A stretch of 64,000 nt of DNA from Candidatus Kaiserbacteria bacterium (lineage in GTDB: Bacteria; Patescibacteriota; Minisyncoccia; Phycocordibacterales; Phycocordibacteraceae). Below, piece after piece: positions 19,031 through 29,422 of this stretch. The translations under genes and the position numbers were made by a program. The notes under the pieces were generated by a model. It was not told the DNA's origin. It did not search any database and was given only the letters and a program-made list of their open reading frames with translations. The stretch lies in the NCBI GenBank assembly GCA_963813065.1, contig CAWEXP010000006.1, forward strand, positions 55,779-119,778, written 5' to 3'. Position 1 is the first letter of the stretch; every line of letters starts with the position of its first letter.

Positions 19031-20400
19031 CTATGGCAGGGAAATGGCTCGAGCGATTTTTCGAGGCACCGGCCCGCGCGCTCGAGAGCGGCATCGAGTC
19101 GACCGAGCGAGCAGGAAAGGCCGTCATCAATAAAAAGCCTTTTAAGTTGGCAGAAGAATATTGGCACACGCTCGGCCCTGGCCTCACCACCGGCGCTGCC
19201 GACGACGACCCCTCGGGCATCGCGACGTACTCGCAGACCGGCGCCGGCTACGGCTTTTCGCTCCTCTGGCTCGCCGCATGGACCTTCCCGCTCATGGCGA
19301 TCGTGCAGGAAATGTGTGCGCGGATCGGTTTCGTCACCGGCCACGGTCTCGCGGCAAATATTAAAGAGCATTATTCGCGACCAGTGCTCTATGGCATCAC
19401 CGCGCTCCTCTTCGCGGCCAACACCTTCAACATTGGTGCCGACCTCGGCGCGATGGCGCAGGGCGTCCAACTCCTTGTACCGCGAGTCAATGTGCCATTC
19501 CTCATCATCTCGCTCGCCGGTTTCAGCCTTCTCTTACAGATTTTCACCACCTACGCGCGCTATGCGAAATATTTGAAATATCTCGCGCTCGTCCTCTTCG
19601 CGTACGTTTTTTCGGCATTCCTCTCGCATCTCGACTGGTCGACCGTGCTCCTGCACGCATTCATCCCTTCGTTCCACTTCACGCGCGATCAAATCTATCT
19701 CATCTGCGGTATCTTGGGTACGACCATTTCGCCCTATCTCTTCTTCTGGCAGACGTCGCAAGAAGTTGAGGAGCAGAACCTGCATGCGCCTGAAGAGACC
19801 GGTTGGCACCAGCATCCGACGCACAAGGAAATGCGGCACTTGAAGACCGACATCTGGAGCGGCATGTTCTTCTCGAACGCGGCAATGTTCTTCATCATCG
19901 CGGCCTGTGCCGGCACGCTCTATGCGCACGGCATCACCAATATCGCGACTGCCGCCGACGCCGCCGCGGCCCTGCGACCTTTGGCTGGCAACGCCGCCTT
20001 CTTCCTCTTCGCGGTCGGCATCATCGGCGTCGGCCTCCTCGCTATCCCCGTGCTCGCCGGCTCGACCTCCTATGCGCTCTCCGAGAGTTTCGGCTGGCCG
20101 CACGGTCTCTATCGCAAATTGAAGGAGGCATACGCGTTCTACGGCATCATCATCATCTCGATGGCGCTCGGTATCGCAATGAACTTCATCGGGCTAAATC
20201 CAATCAAGGCTCTTATTTATTCTGCCGTCGCAAACGGTATTGTCGCACCCTTCGTGCTTGTGCTCATTGTGCAGATGAGTAGCAATACACACATCATGCA
20301 GGAACACGTGAACGGTCGTTCGGCGAAAATCTTTGGTTGGCTCACGGTACTTATCATGGCGGTCGCGGGCATCGCCACGATTGGCTCATTCTTTATATAA
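19027..20400 (+). CDS. mntH: NRAMP family divalent metal (Mn2+/Fe2+) transporter
   Basis: NRAMP signature (GPGLTTGAADDDPSGIATYSQTGAGYGFSLLW); ~11 TM segments. Confidence 0.8.
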   Translation: MTMAGKWLERFFEAPARALESGIESTERAGKAVINKKPFKLAEEYWHTLGPGLTTGAADDDPSGIATYSQTGAGYGFSLLWLAAWTFPLMAIVQEMCARIGFVTGHGLAANIKEHYSRPVLYGITALLFAANTFNIGADLGAMAQGVQLLVPRVNVPFLIISLAGFSLLLQIFTTYARYAKYLKYLALVLFAYVFSAFLSHLDWSTVLLHAFIPSFHFTRDQIYLICGILGTTISPYLFFWQTSQEVEEQNLHAPEETGWHQHPTHKEMRHLKTDIWSGMFFSNAAMFFIIAACAGTLYAHGITNIATAADAAAALRPLAGNAAFFLFAVGIIGVGLLAIPVLAGSTSYALSESFGWPHGLYRKLKEAYAFYGIIIISMALGIAMNFIGLNPIKALIYSAVANGIVAPFVLVLIVQMSSNTHIMQEHVNGRSAKIFGWLTVLIMAVAGIATIGSFFI

Positions 20401-20401
20401 A

Positions 20402-20425
20402 AAAGCCGCCTCATGCGAGGCGGTC
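20402..20425 (-). terminator. Intrinsic terminator hairpin for the 20440-20808 gene
   Basis: GCCGCCTCatgcGAGGCGG hairpin with U-run on the minus strand (AAAAA on plus). Confidence 0.5.
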
Positions 20426-20439
20426 ATGCTGGCGAATGT

Positions 20440-20808
20440 TTAGTCGGATCCGGTGGTCCTTTCGATGGCGGCCTGAAACTCGTCGGTCGTACAGATTTTG
20501 TACTGTTCGAAAGCCACCCGATAGTTCCACCACCCATCAAAACGATCTCCCCAGATAAACTTGAGCGCTTTCTTGTAATCGGCCTCGTTATCGAAGCCTG
20601 GTTTCCCCTCGCTGACACCAATGCGGAGTCCGCGAGAAATTAAGAAAGCCTTCTGCTCGGCCATCTGGAGGACATCGCCATCCAGAAAGTGCCTGAGCGT
20701 TTTATCGACCTTACGCGTTTGGTCGAGGAGATCCAAGGCGATCAGTGTTGCATGAGAACTTTTATTCATCTCGAATACTCCCAGTAGCGGATGCTCCCAA
20801 TGCGGCAT
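20440..20808 (-). CDS. Hypothetical protein
   Basis: 122-aa ORF; no domain recognised. Confidence 0.4.
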   Translation of the reverse strand: MPHWEHPLLGVFEMNKSSHATLIALDLLDQTRKVDKTLRHFLDGDVLQMAEQKAFLISRGLRIGVSEGKPGFDNEADYKKALKFIWGDRFDGWWNYRVAFEQYKICTTDEFQAAIERTTGSD

Positions 20809-20814
20809 CTGTCA

Positions 20815-21069
20815 TTAGAATACGCCGATAATATTCGGTGTCAAGCCGCGCGGCTCCGGAGCCAATCCATCACTTTCTTGCGGTGAATATCGAGACGACC
20901 AGGCTTTCGGCGACTTGAAGAGGGCGCTGTGTGCATGGCGGAACTCCTCGAGGAGTTCTGCCGAGGCACGAGGGAAGGCGGCCGGAAGATGCTCGTTGTA
21001 TTCCTGGAGGAATTCAGCAAGTGAGCGGGTTTTCTCGCTCCGCGCACGATCGAGGTCCGGCGTTCTCAT
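20815..21069 (-). CDS. Hypothetical protein
   Basis: 84-aa ORF. Confidence 0.3.
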   Translation of the reverse strand: MRTPDLDRARSEKTRSLAEFLQEYNEHLPAAFPRASAELLEEFRHAHSALFKSPKAWSSRYSPQESDGLAPEPRGLTPNIIGVF

Positions 21070-21112
21070 CTCTTGAATATACCATAAACTCGAAAAAATG
21101 TCATCTGTTGCG

Positions 21113-22342
21113 TTATTGATTCAACACTGCGCGGGTTGCGGGCCCGACGCTACCAACCTGGGCAATGCCATGCGCCGCTTGGAACTTCTTCACGCCCACA
21201 GCGGTCAGGGCGCCGAAGTAGCCGGTCAGGGGGCCATTGTAGAAACCGAGCGCAGTGAGGCGTTTTTGCAATTCGAGCACGGCCGCAGTGCGCGAGCCGA
21301 TCCCGAGCGCTGTAGTGAAGTGGTAGGCGAGCGCGGTGGTTGTTGGAGGAGTTGCGGTTGTCGTGGCGGTCGTCACTGCGGTTGGTGCGATTGCTGGAGC
21401 AACGACGGTTGTGGTGGGAGTCGCGGGTGCGGCCACAACCCAGATGCTCGCGGTGCTCGACGCAGAATTCCCATACGTGTCGGCGGCTGTAATGGTGATG
21501 AGGTGTGATCCGAGGTCGGCGACTGAGGGTGTCCAGTTGAACATGCCCGAGGAATTGAGTGTGCGTGCCGAGATGGTTGTAGTGCCGGCGAAGGAATCCG
21601 CAATGCTATACGTTGAACTCGCCAATCCGGAGACGCGAGTGATGAAGGAGATTGGGGAGCCAGTGGGCGCGCTCGGCGCGAGAGGCGGGATAGAAACCTG
21701 CGGATGAATAACGGTCACCTGTACGAAGGTTTGTGCGCTGTGCCCGTACGCGTCCGTAGCGCGGACGGTGAGCGAGTGCGCGCCGAGGTCGTCGATGCTT
21801 GGTTTCCATGAGAAGGCGCCAGAGGAATTTATGTTGCCCGGTGTGAGCGTTGTTGCGGCCGAAGAATCATAGACACTGAAGTAGGGAGTGGTGAATCCGG
21901 GTGCCGTGACCGTGAAGGTGAATGGATGCATGGTAGAGACAAACGGTCCGGGCGCGATATTGGTCACGAGTACATTGTTGCTCGCGACGAGAATGTTGAC
22001 GGTCGTCGAGGCCATATCCTTCGCCACGTCGTTGACCGATACCATAATGGTATGCAGGCCAGCATCGTAGATGCCCGGTGTCCAGCTATAATTGCCTGCC
22101 TTATCGATGTTCCCCGTCGTCGCGCCAGAGGCACTGAAGGCATCGCTGAGGGTATAGACCGGATCGCTAAAGCCGCTCGCCGATGCGATGAAGCTAACGG
22201 TTGCGCCTGGAGTAATGGCTCCGGTGGGCCAGAGTCCTTCTATTTGGACTGATGCCGCCAGCGCCGTTGAGGCACCAACCATCAACAGAGCGCCAGTAAT
22301 GCACGAACCACATATGATACGAAAAGAAAGTTTTGGATTCAT
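21113..22342 (-). CDS. Secreted repeat-domain (Ig-like) protein with C-terminal peptidoglycan-binding domain
   Basis: Signal peptide MNPKLSFRIICGSCITGALLMVGASTALA. Four ~70-aa beta-rich repeats. C-terminal PG_binding_1 motif LQKRLTALGFYNGPLTGYFGALTAVGVKKFQ. Confidence 0.65.
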   Translation of the reverse strand: MNPKLSFRIICGSCITGALLMVGASTALAASVQIEGLWPTGAITPGATVSFIASASGFSDPVYTLSDAFSASGATTGNIDKAGNYSWTPGIYDAGLHTIMVSVNDVAKDMASTTVNILVASNNVLVTNIAPGPFVSTMHPFTFTVTAPGFTTPYFSVYDSSAATTLTPGNINSSGAFSWKPSIDDLGAHSLTVRATDAYGHSAQTFVQVTVIHPQVSIPPLAPSAPTGSPISFITRVSGLASSTYSIADSFAGTTTISARTLNSSGMFNWTPSVADLGSHLITITAADTYGNSASSTASIWVVAAPATPTTTVVAPAIAPTAVTTATTTATPPTTTALAYHFTTALGIGSRTAAVLELQKRLTALGFYNGPLTGYFGALTAVGVKKFQAAHGIAQVGSVGPATRAVLNQ

Positions 22343-22410
22343 AGTTTTACTATATCATTTGCTGAAGTTGTGCTATAAGGACGCCGGAATAGATTCGGGA
22401 GGAATCAGCC

Positions 22411-23082
22411 ATGCGCCTCACCAGCGTCGTTCTGTGTCTTCTACTAGCCGTGCCCGCATCGGCAGGTTCTGCGCCGATTAATGCCGTACATACCAGCACG
22501 CCCTGCGTCGCACTCACGTTCGACGATGGACCCGACAGAGTACAGACGCCGCGATTACTCGCCATTCTCGAGCAGAGGCATATCTCGGCGACGTTCTTCG
22601 TCATCGGGACACGCGTGACTGCGCACCCAGAAATTGTGCGACGAGCGCATGACGACGGTGATGAAGTCGGGAACCATTCGTGGAACCATCCGTTCTTCAC
22701 GCTTATCGCGAGTCGAGATGTGCGTTGGCAAATTCATCGCACCGATACGGCAATCAACTCTGCGACGGGCAGTATGCCGGTGCTTCTCCGTGCGCCGTAC
22801 GGCTCGTTGAGTCACCGTGTGCTCGGTCTCGAGAAGCGTTCGTTTATCGGATGGAACGTTGATACGCTCGACTGGCATCACCACGATACGGCGTGGATTG
22901 TGCAGTCGCTAGATGCGGTGCACGATGGTTCGATTATCATCATGCACGACACGCATGCCACAACCATCGATGCAGTGCCCGAGGTCATCGATCGTTTGAT
23001 TGCCCGTGGATTTTTCTTCGGGACGGTGTCAGAGCTCAGAGCGGGTACGTGCCCCATGCCCGATATCATTCCGGGAACATAG
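22411..23082 (+). CDS. Polysaccharide deacetylase (NodB homology domain), secreted
   Basis: Signal peptide; NodB motifs CVALTFDDGP, HSWNHP, metal-binding His. Confidence 0.75.
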   Translation: MRLTSVVLCLLLAVPASAGSAPINAVHTSTPCVALTFDDGPDRVQTPRLLAILEQRHISATFFVIGTRVTAHPEIVRRAHDDGDEVGNHSWNHPFFTLIASRDVRWQIHRTDTAINSATGSMPVLLRAPYGSLSHRVLGLEKRSFIGWNVDTLDWHHHDTAWIVQSLDAVHDGSIIIMHDTHATTIDAVPEVIDRLIARGFFFGTVSELRAGTCPMPDIIPGT

Positions 23083-23112
23083 TTCCGCCGCGGCTCCTGC
23101 CGCGGCGGTTTT

Positions 23113-24135
23113 TCATTTTTGCAATACGCTATAGACACTCGGGAGCTCGAGGCCGAGCGCCCATGCGGAGAAGCCGTAGAGCCCCTCTTTTTTAATTAAT
23201 GCCATTTTATCTGCCAAGCTTCGCGCGTTTTCGTACCATATCGAAAATTCTTGGGCATGGCTCCAATAGACGAGGTACGGTTCGTGTTCGGTCGCACTGT
23301 AGTAGTAGCTCACTTTGTGTTTCTTGATGACATTCTCGATGCCTTGATTACCGCCAATGCCAACGCGTTTGCCCGCCGCATTGTTCCATTGCCAGTAGTA
23401 GAGCCCGATGCCGAGTGATATTTTCTGCGCAGGGATATGGGCGAGGCTGTAGGCGAGGACTTTCTGATACCAATCATATTCTGCAACGGGACCCTTCGAC
23501 TCGGGGTCGTCATAGGCCATGACGCTGACAAAATCGGTGCTCGAAGCGAGCGCGCCGTAGTCGTACACACCCGCAAGGTCTTGCCAGAGCGTGCCCTGAT
23601 ACTCAATCGGCATGTCCGAGATCTTGGCGACGACCGCCACACTGAGAACGAGACCATTCGCTCGCAGTACCGTGTCCAGATTCTGGACGAATGTGGAAAA
23701 TTTGTCTCGATAGGACGCATCCATCTGCTCGAAGTCGATCTGCCAGCCCCAGTAGCCTTGTTTCTTTGCTTCCTGCACGAGCGAGCTGATGGCCGCCGCT
23801 TGCGTGGTCGATGAATCGAGCAGGTTCTGGTACGCGGTCTGCCCAAAGTCGTCGTTGGTCACCAGGGGCATGACCTTGATGTGGTGTTTCGCCGCGAAGG
23901 TGAGGAGGGCAGGATCAACACTCCCAACCAGCGCACCGGTCCCCTGGAGTGCATACGATTGTGGCGCGAAAATATCAATGGAACTCGGATGCGCGAAGAA
24001 AGACTTCCGCGCCAGCGTTCCTTCGCGATAATAAAAGAGACGCACCGGAGCCGCCGCATGTGCTGAGTATGCTCCCATACCGAGCGAGATGCCGATACCG
24101 AGAGAAAGGAGTAGTGTGCGAGCGGCAGGAGACAT
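23113..24135 (-). CDS. Glycoside hydrolase family 18 protein, secreted
   Basis: Signal peptide. GH18 catalytic motif GWQIDFE (DxxDxDxE-like). Resembles YaaH/YdhD-type peptidoglycan/chitin hydrolases. Confidence 0.65.
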   Translation of the reverse strand: MSPAARTLLLSLGIGISLGMGAYSAHAAAPVRLFYYREGTLARKSFFAHPSSIDIFAPQSYALQGTGALVGSVDPALLTFAAKHHIKVMPLVTNDDFGQTAYQNLLDSSTTQAAAISSLVQEAKKQGYWGWQIDFEQMDASYRDKFSTFVQNLDTVLRANGLVLSVAVVAKISDMPIEYQGTLWQDLAGVYDYGALASSTDFVSVMAYDDPESKGPVAEYDWYQKVLAYSLAHIPAQKISLGIGLYYWQWNNAAGKRVGIGGNQGIENVIKKHKVSYYYSATEHEPYLVYWSHAQEFSIWYENARSLADKMALIKKEGLYGFSAWALGLELPSVYSVLQK

Positions 24136-24137
24136 GG

Positions 24138-24884
24138 TCAGCGTTTAATTTTTTCTAAGAGCATTTCGTAATCTCTCGTGGTGACATGCCAGTCGCCCGG
24201 CTCGAGCGGATTGTCGAGATCGGTCAGGACGAGGAAGATGGAGAACGCGAGGCCCGCGATGCTGGCGGTGAAGAGGAAGGCGAGTCCGGGATCGCGAATC
24301 CCAATGAACATCGAGAGTCCGATGAGCAGGAATGCCGAAAACTGGAGTGTGTTCTTCAAGAGGTGCGGCATGCGTTGGCGACTGTACTCGAGCCGTGAGG
24401 AGCGGTGGTCGAGAATATCAGAGAGGAGGGCGAAGGAGGTCGGCATGAGTTGTGGTGCCTCGTCGAAGATGTCGTAAATGCTCGTATTCAAGTCGGCGAT
24501 GACCTCCTCGAGCTTGGTACTGCGCTCGCCTTTCTTGCTGTGGGTCCAGCCCTCGTGAATGATGAGTTCGAGATAGCGTGTGATCTGCGCATGAATCCGG
24601 TCGCGAATCTTCTCGGGGAAGTGGCTCGACCAGAGATAGAGCTTGTCGAGACCGTCGACTTCGCCGCGCACCGCTTCGGTCAAAGAGTCCCACTTGCCCC
24701 ATTCCTTCTGAATCGCGAATGCCGCGAGGATGGAGAAGATGGTGCCCACCGTTGCGTAGAGCCAGGGCACGCCGTCGATGTTCGCCAGCAAGACGCGCAG
24801 GTCATACTCCGAGCTTGAGCGGACGAGATAGAACACGCCGGAGAAGACGACGAGGAAGGGGATGAGTTTCTTGATGAGTCCCAT
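24138..24884 (-). CDS. Integral membrane hypothetical protein
   Basis: 2 N-terminal + 2 C-terminal TM helices around a soluble core. Confidence 0.4.
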   Translation of the reverse strand: MGLIKKLIPFLVVFSGVFYLVRSSSEYDLRVLLANIDGVPWLYATVGTIFSILAAFAIQKEWGKWDSLTEAVRGEVDGLDKLYLWSSHFPEKIRDRIHAQITRYLELIIHEGWTHSKKGERSTKLEEVIADLNTSIYDIFDEAPQLMPTSFALLSDILDHRSSRLEYSRQRMPHLLKNTLQFSAFLLIGLSMFIGIRDPGLAFLFTASIAGLAFSIFLVLTDLDNPLEPGDWHVTTRDYEMLLEKIKR

Positions 24885-24940
24885 ACTTTGATTATACGCT
24901 GAACGTAACCATATATTCTCGAGCCTCGTTATCACTGGGT

Positions 24941-25753
24941 ATGAAAACTATTGCCATCATCGGTCGGGGATATGTCGGGCGCGCACTCGAAGAATTTTTC
25001 AAAGATAAGTTTAACGTCGTCATTTACGACCCACCGCAGGGTTTTAAAGATAAAAAAGCGGTGAACAAGGCTGACCTCGCCGTCGTCTCGGTCCCGACCG
25101 TGATGCGGAAAGAGGGGACGGCTGATCTCTCGGTCGTCGAAGAGACCTTCTCCTGGCTCACCACGCCGCTCGTCGTGCTCAAGAGCACGGTGCTCCCGGG
25201 AACGACCGCTCTCTTGGTGAAGAAATATAAGATGGCGGATCGACTCGTCTTCTCGCCCGAGTTCATCGGCGAGGGCGGATATCCGGTCCCGCACTGGGAG
25301 GGTGTCCCGCATGCGACCGACATGAAGCTCCACAAAGCGTTCATCTTCGGCGGCACGCGGAGCGCGGTGGAGCGTGTCATCCCATTCTTCGCGCGCGTGC
25401 GTGGGCCATTTGGCGAGTATCACATCACCGACAGCACCACTGCGGAGTTGATGAAATATATGGAGAATGCATGGATCGCCGCGAAGGTCACCTTCTGCAA
25501 TGAGTTCTACAATATTGCCGAGGCGTATGGCGTGTCCTACGACGAACTCCGCGAACTCTGGCTCACCGACGGCCGCGTCGGTCGTTCACACACGCTCGTG
25601 TATCCGGATAAGCGCGGCTTTGATGGCAAGTGCATTCCCAAAGATACAACCGCCATTTACCTCGCCACGAAGAAACAGGGCTACAACGCGACCTTCCTTG
25701 ACGCCATCTTGCGGAAGAACGCCACATTGCGCAAAGAAAAAATCCCGTATTAA
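24941..25753 (+). CDS. UDP-glucose/GDP-mannose dehydrogenase family protein (short form)
   Basis: Rossmann IAIIGRGYVG; catalytic-Cys motif GFDGKCIPKD. Only 270 aa, shorter than canonical UGDH. Confidence 0.55.
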   Translation: MKTIAIIGRGYVGRALEEFFKDKFNVVIYDPPQGFKDKKAVNKADLAVVSVPTVMRKEGTADLSVVEETFSWLTTPLVVLKSTVLPGTTALLVKKYKMADRLVFSPEFIGEGGYPVPHWEGVPHATDMKLHKAFIFGGTRSAVERVIPFFARVRGPFGEYHITDSTTAELMKYMENAWIAAKVTFCNEFYNIAEAYGVSYDELRELWLTDGRVGRSHTLVYPDKRGFDGKCIPKDTTAIYLATKKQGYNATFLDAILRKNATLRKEKIPY

Positions 25754-25820
25754 CGGCACACCAGCCCGTGCTATCATAGGCTCGTACGTGCGGTGCGTTT
25801 AAAAAATAATATATCGAGTT

Positions 25821-26048
25821 ATGAAGACGATGACCTGCGCACAGATGGGCGGCCCCTGCGACACTGCGATCACCGCCGAGACCGAAGACGAAATGATGGC
25901 GAAGGGCATGGCACACCTCGAGAGCGCGCATCCCGAGATGGCCGCCAAAGTGAAGGCGACGCCAAAGGATGATCCGATGATGGTCGCGTGGGGCGAAAAG
26001 TTCCATGCGGACTGGGCCGCGGCTCCGGAAGTGCCGGCTGCGGTTTAG
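25821..26048 (+). CDS. DUF1059-like small metal-binding protein
   Basis: [40 protein letters not shown] matches the DUF1059 pattern. Confidence 0.6.
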   Translation: MKTMTCAQMGGPCDTAITAETEDEMMAKGMAHLESAHPEMAAKVKATPKDDPMMVAWGEKFHADWAAAPEVPAAV

Positions 26049-26130
26049 ACATCTCACGAGAGGAGGAAAACGCCCGTTCGGGCGTTTTCGCGTTTACAGA
26101 AACGGTTGGCACCGTGATACCATAAGCCCC

Positions 26131-26469
26131 ATGAATGAATCCATTTTGGTGGTCACCACCAACGACGTGCCGGGCTACGAGGTGGTGAAGGTCTACGGCG
26201 AGGTTTTCGGCTTGCTGGTGCGGAGTCGCAATCTCGTGAGCAATATCGGCGCGGGCTTGAAGGCGATTATTGGTGGCGAGATAGGCGGCTATACCAAGCT
26301 CCTGAGCGACAGTCGCATCGAGGCAATCGAGCGGATGAAGCAGGCGGCGGCCGAGAAGGGCGCGAACGCAGTCCTGATGATGCGCTTCGACACGGGCGAC
26401 ATCGGCGCGTCGATGAACGAAGTTGCCGCGTACGGCACCGCGGTCACCATCCGCCCCCTCGCACACTAA
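26131..26469 (+). CDS. YbjQ/UPF0145 family protein
   Basis: 112 aa with [20 protein letters not shown]...AVLMMRFD... pattern. Confidence 0.65.
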   Translation: MNESILVVTTNDVPGYEVVKVYGEVFGLLVRSRNLVSNIGAGLKAIIGGEIGGYTKLLSDSRIEAIERMKQAAAEKGANAVLMMRFDTGDIGASMNEVAAYGTAVTIRPLAH

Positions 26470-26591
26470 TGGCTGACCACGACGATTTCAAAACGCATAT
26501 CAAAGAGCCGCGTTGGCAACAGGTGGTGAGCATCCTCATTGTCCTCGTCGTTTTCGCCGTGTGGCTCTGGCTCGCTGTGCATCGGGGATAA
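26469..26591 (+). CDS. Small single-TM protein (40 aa)
   Basis: [40 protein letters not shown]. Start overlaps the previous stop. Confidence 0.3.
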   Translation: MADHDDFKTHIKEPRWQQVVSILIVLVVFAVWLWLAVHRG

Positions 26592-26907
26592 TTTTTCAAA
26601 GAAGCAAGAGCTTCTGGAGTAGGAAAAAGAAAAAAGCCGCTCACGTTCGCCAGCCGGCGGACTACAACCAACTCCTTACATTTATTCCTAGTTTTCCAAA
26701 CTCTGCTCCCGGAACATCACCTCCATATACCGTCTCTTTTCAATAGGGAATACATGGAAAATATGGCTCACCAATTGAGGGTTATTCGATTGATGGAAAG
26801 AACGGATGGTGAAGTTAAATGCGTTTAAATACCTTGAGTTCGGCGACTCCTTCATTCCGTGAGACTAATATAACTTGCTGGCGAATGGGTGTTAGAATAG
26901 GCCAATC

Positions 26908-29418
26908 ATGGGCCAAATATCGAAAAAACGGGACAATAAAGACATTTCTCTCGAGCAGTACCAACATACAACTGTGAAGCGGGCCAATAATCCGCAAGTC
27001 GGACTCGTTAGCGGTACCTTGGATTCAAAGCCGAAAAAGAAAACATACCAACATGACCCGTATATTGATCCAACATTGTCTTGGGCGGGTAAGGCCGAAG
27101 GTGCTTCGTTTGGTGTTGATACTGTCTCGCTTCATATCCACGAACGGATAGATCCAAAAAGAATAATAAAACAAGTCCTAAAAAAGACTGAAGAAACAGT
27201 TAAATTGCAGCCATCACTTTTTGAACAACCGAGCGAAAATTTGAATACAGAAAAAGAGTTTGATTTTTATGGCCACACCAAAAACTGGTCAAATCGTCTT
27301 ATCGCCGGAGACAGCTTGCTCGTCATGAACTCTCTTCTGGAAAAAGAGAAAATGGCTGGGAAAGTACAGATGATTTATATAGATCCCCCGTATGGGATTA
27401 AATACAACTCAAACTTTCAACCTTTCACAAATAAGAGAGACGTGAAAGACAGGGACGACGACAGCATTCCTGCTGAACCAGAGATGATTAAAGCGTTTCG
27501 AGACACGTGGGAGCTTGGCATCCACAGCTACCTCACATATTTGCGAGATCGTTTACAGCTTTCGCACGACTTGCTGCATGAAAGCGGTAGTATTTTCTTG
27601 CAGATCTCCGACGAGAACGTACACCACATTAGAGAGTTGCTAGATGAGATTTTCGGGATGGAAAACTTTGTGGCGCAGATCAACTTCCGTAGCATGTCCC
27701 CGCTCGGTCAGTCTGGGATGGCGAGGGTCTACGATTACATACTCTGGTACGCCCGCGACAAGAAGAAAATGAAATACCGATCTATTTTTATAAACAGAGA
27801 AATCGAGGAGGAGCCCGAATTTTGCTATCTCGATACTGGCGATGGTTTGTATAAGAAGTTGAACCGCGAGGAAATAGCGGCTTTGCCTGCCGATCAAAGA
27901 AAAAAGATCTTCAAGAGGTCAACCCTCACGTCTTCTGGCTACACGCCCTCTTGCACCTATCCTTTCGAGTTGGGTGGGAAGGAATATCGTCCGCTTAGTG
28001 GGAAAAGTTGGCGAACTCATCCGGAGGGAATGAAGAAACTGATTGCCAAGCACCGCATCTTTGTACTCGGCCAGAATCCGTACTTCAAGCAGTACCACTC
28101 TGATTTTCCGTTCGTGCAACTCGAAAACGGATGGAAGGATACGGCCGCAGGATTTAGTGATCAGAAAATATATGTTGTGCAGACAAACAATAAAGTGATC
28201 GAGCGATGTGTTCTGATGGTCACGGATCCAGGAGATTTGGTCCTGGACCCGACTTGTGGCTCTGGCACGACAGCGTATGTAGCAGAACAGTGGGGTCGTC
28301 GTTGGATCATGTGCGATACTTCCCGTGTGGCAATCCAACTTGCAAAACAACGGTTGATGACCAGTCAATTTGATTATTACGAAATGGCACAACAAGAAGA
28401 AGGTGTCTCGTCTGGATTTAAATATAAAACCGTTCCACACACCACACTTGGAAGTGTTGCGAACAACGAACTAACCAAAGAAGAGACTCTCTATAATCAG
28501 CCATTTGTCATAAGAGATAAAGTTCGGGTGACTGGACCATTCACAGTAGAGGCCGTTCCGGGCATCCGCACCAAGCCAATTGAAGGAAATCTCCCGGATG
28601 TATCTGACAAAACAAATCCAACGAATCCGATTTCCGAGAAATTGAACGACTACCTCGATAGCATTCGTGCTTCAGGCATTCGCTCATACCACAATGAAGG
28701 AATTACATTCAACAGCGTAGAAGTTTCCGAAGGATTTAATGAAATTCATGCATTTGGAAATATTGATAGCAATGGGGAATATAAAAAGTGTGCAATAGTC
28801 TTTGGCCCTGATTATGCTCCCATGGAACAGACCCAAATTGAGCGAACAATGGACGAAATTAGAAATATGGCTGAGAAACCAAACATGGTCATCTTTTGTT
28901 CGTATGCTTTTGACCCCGAAGCATCAAAGGATGTTGATAACATAAAAATATCCGGTCTCCAGATTTTGAAAGCTCAAATGAATACGGACTTGCTCACTAA
29001 AGATTTAAAGAAAAAAGCAAACGCAGACAGACCATTTTGGCTCATTGGGGAACCAGATATTGAAATCAATAAAACCAAAGAAGGGAAATTCCAAGTGGAG
29101 GTGAAGGGATTCGATTACTATGATCCTCGTACCCAGGAGCTCAAGGGTGGCAGTACAGACAAAATTGCTGTCTGGATGATTGATACAGATTACGACAATA
29201 GATCCCTATTCCCCTCACAGATATTTTTCCCAATGCAAGATCAGAAAAGAGATTGGACTAAACTTGCAAAAGCGTTAAATGGGAGTGTAGACGAAGAGTT
29301 ATTGGAGCAATATACTGGCACAACATCAATACCTTTCGCATCAGGCGATAAACGAACCATAGCGGTAAAAATAGTCGATGACCGCGGTGTTGAGATGTTA
29401 GTGGTCAAGAAAATATAG
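26908..29418 (+). CDS. mod: Type III restriction-modification Mod subunit (N6-adenine/N4-cytosine beta-class DNA methyltransferase) with long C-terminal extension
   Basis: Motif IV IYIDPPY precedes motif I DPTCGSGTT (beta-class order). 836 aa, with ~350 aa after the MTase core. 4-nt gap to res. Confidence 0.75.
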   Translation: MGQISKKRDNKDISLEQYQHTTVKRANNPQVGLVSGTLDSKPKKKTYQHDPYIDPTLSWAGKAEGASFGVDTVSLHIHERIDPKRIIKQVLKKTEETVKLQPSLFEQPSENLNTEKEFDFYGHTKNWSNRLIAGDSLLVMNSLLEKEKMAGKVQMIYIDPPYGIKYNSNFQPFTNKRDVKDRDDDSIPAEPEMIKAFRDTWELGIHSYLTYLRDRLQLSHDLLHESGSIFLQISDENVHHIRELLDEIFGMENFVAQINFRSMSPLGQSGMARVYDYILWYARDKKKMKYRSIFINREIEEEPEFCYLDTGDGLYKKLNREEIAALPADQRKKIFKRSTLTSSGYTPSCTYPFELGGKEYRPLSGKSWRTHPEGMKKLIAKHRIFVLGQNPYFKQYHSDFPFVQLENGWKDTAAGFSDQKIYVVQTNNKVIERCVLMVTDPGDLVLDPTCGSGTTAYVAEQWGRRWIMCDTSRVAIQLAKQRLMTSQFDYYEMAQQEEGVSSGFKYKTVPHTTLGSVANNELTKEETLYNQPFVIRDKVRVTGPFTVEAVPGIRTKPIEGNLPDVSDKTNPTNPISEKLNDYLDSIRASGIRSYHNEGITFNSVEVSEGFNEIHAFGNIDSNGEYKKCAIVFGPDYAPMEQTQIERTMDEIRNMAEKPNMVIFCSYAFDPEASKDVDNIKISGLQILKAQMNTDLLTKDLKKKANADRPFWLIGEPDIEINKTKEGKFQVEVKGFDYYDPRTQELKGGSTDKIAVWMIDTDYDNRSLFPSQIFFPMQDQKRDWTKLAKALNGSVDEELLEQYTGTTSIPFASGDKRTIAVKIVDDRGVEMLVVKKI

Positions 29419-29422
29419 GTGT

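Noticed and set aside
26662-26678. Chance occurrence of the 17-bp repeat defining the island
   Set aside because: Considered, since a random 17-mer match in 64 kb is not negligible (expected ~0.1). I kept the call because one copy lies exactly in a tRNA anticodon/T-arm and the other exactly at the GC-content transition; flagged with moderate confidence only.
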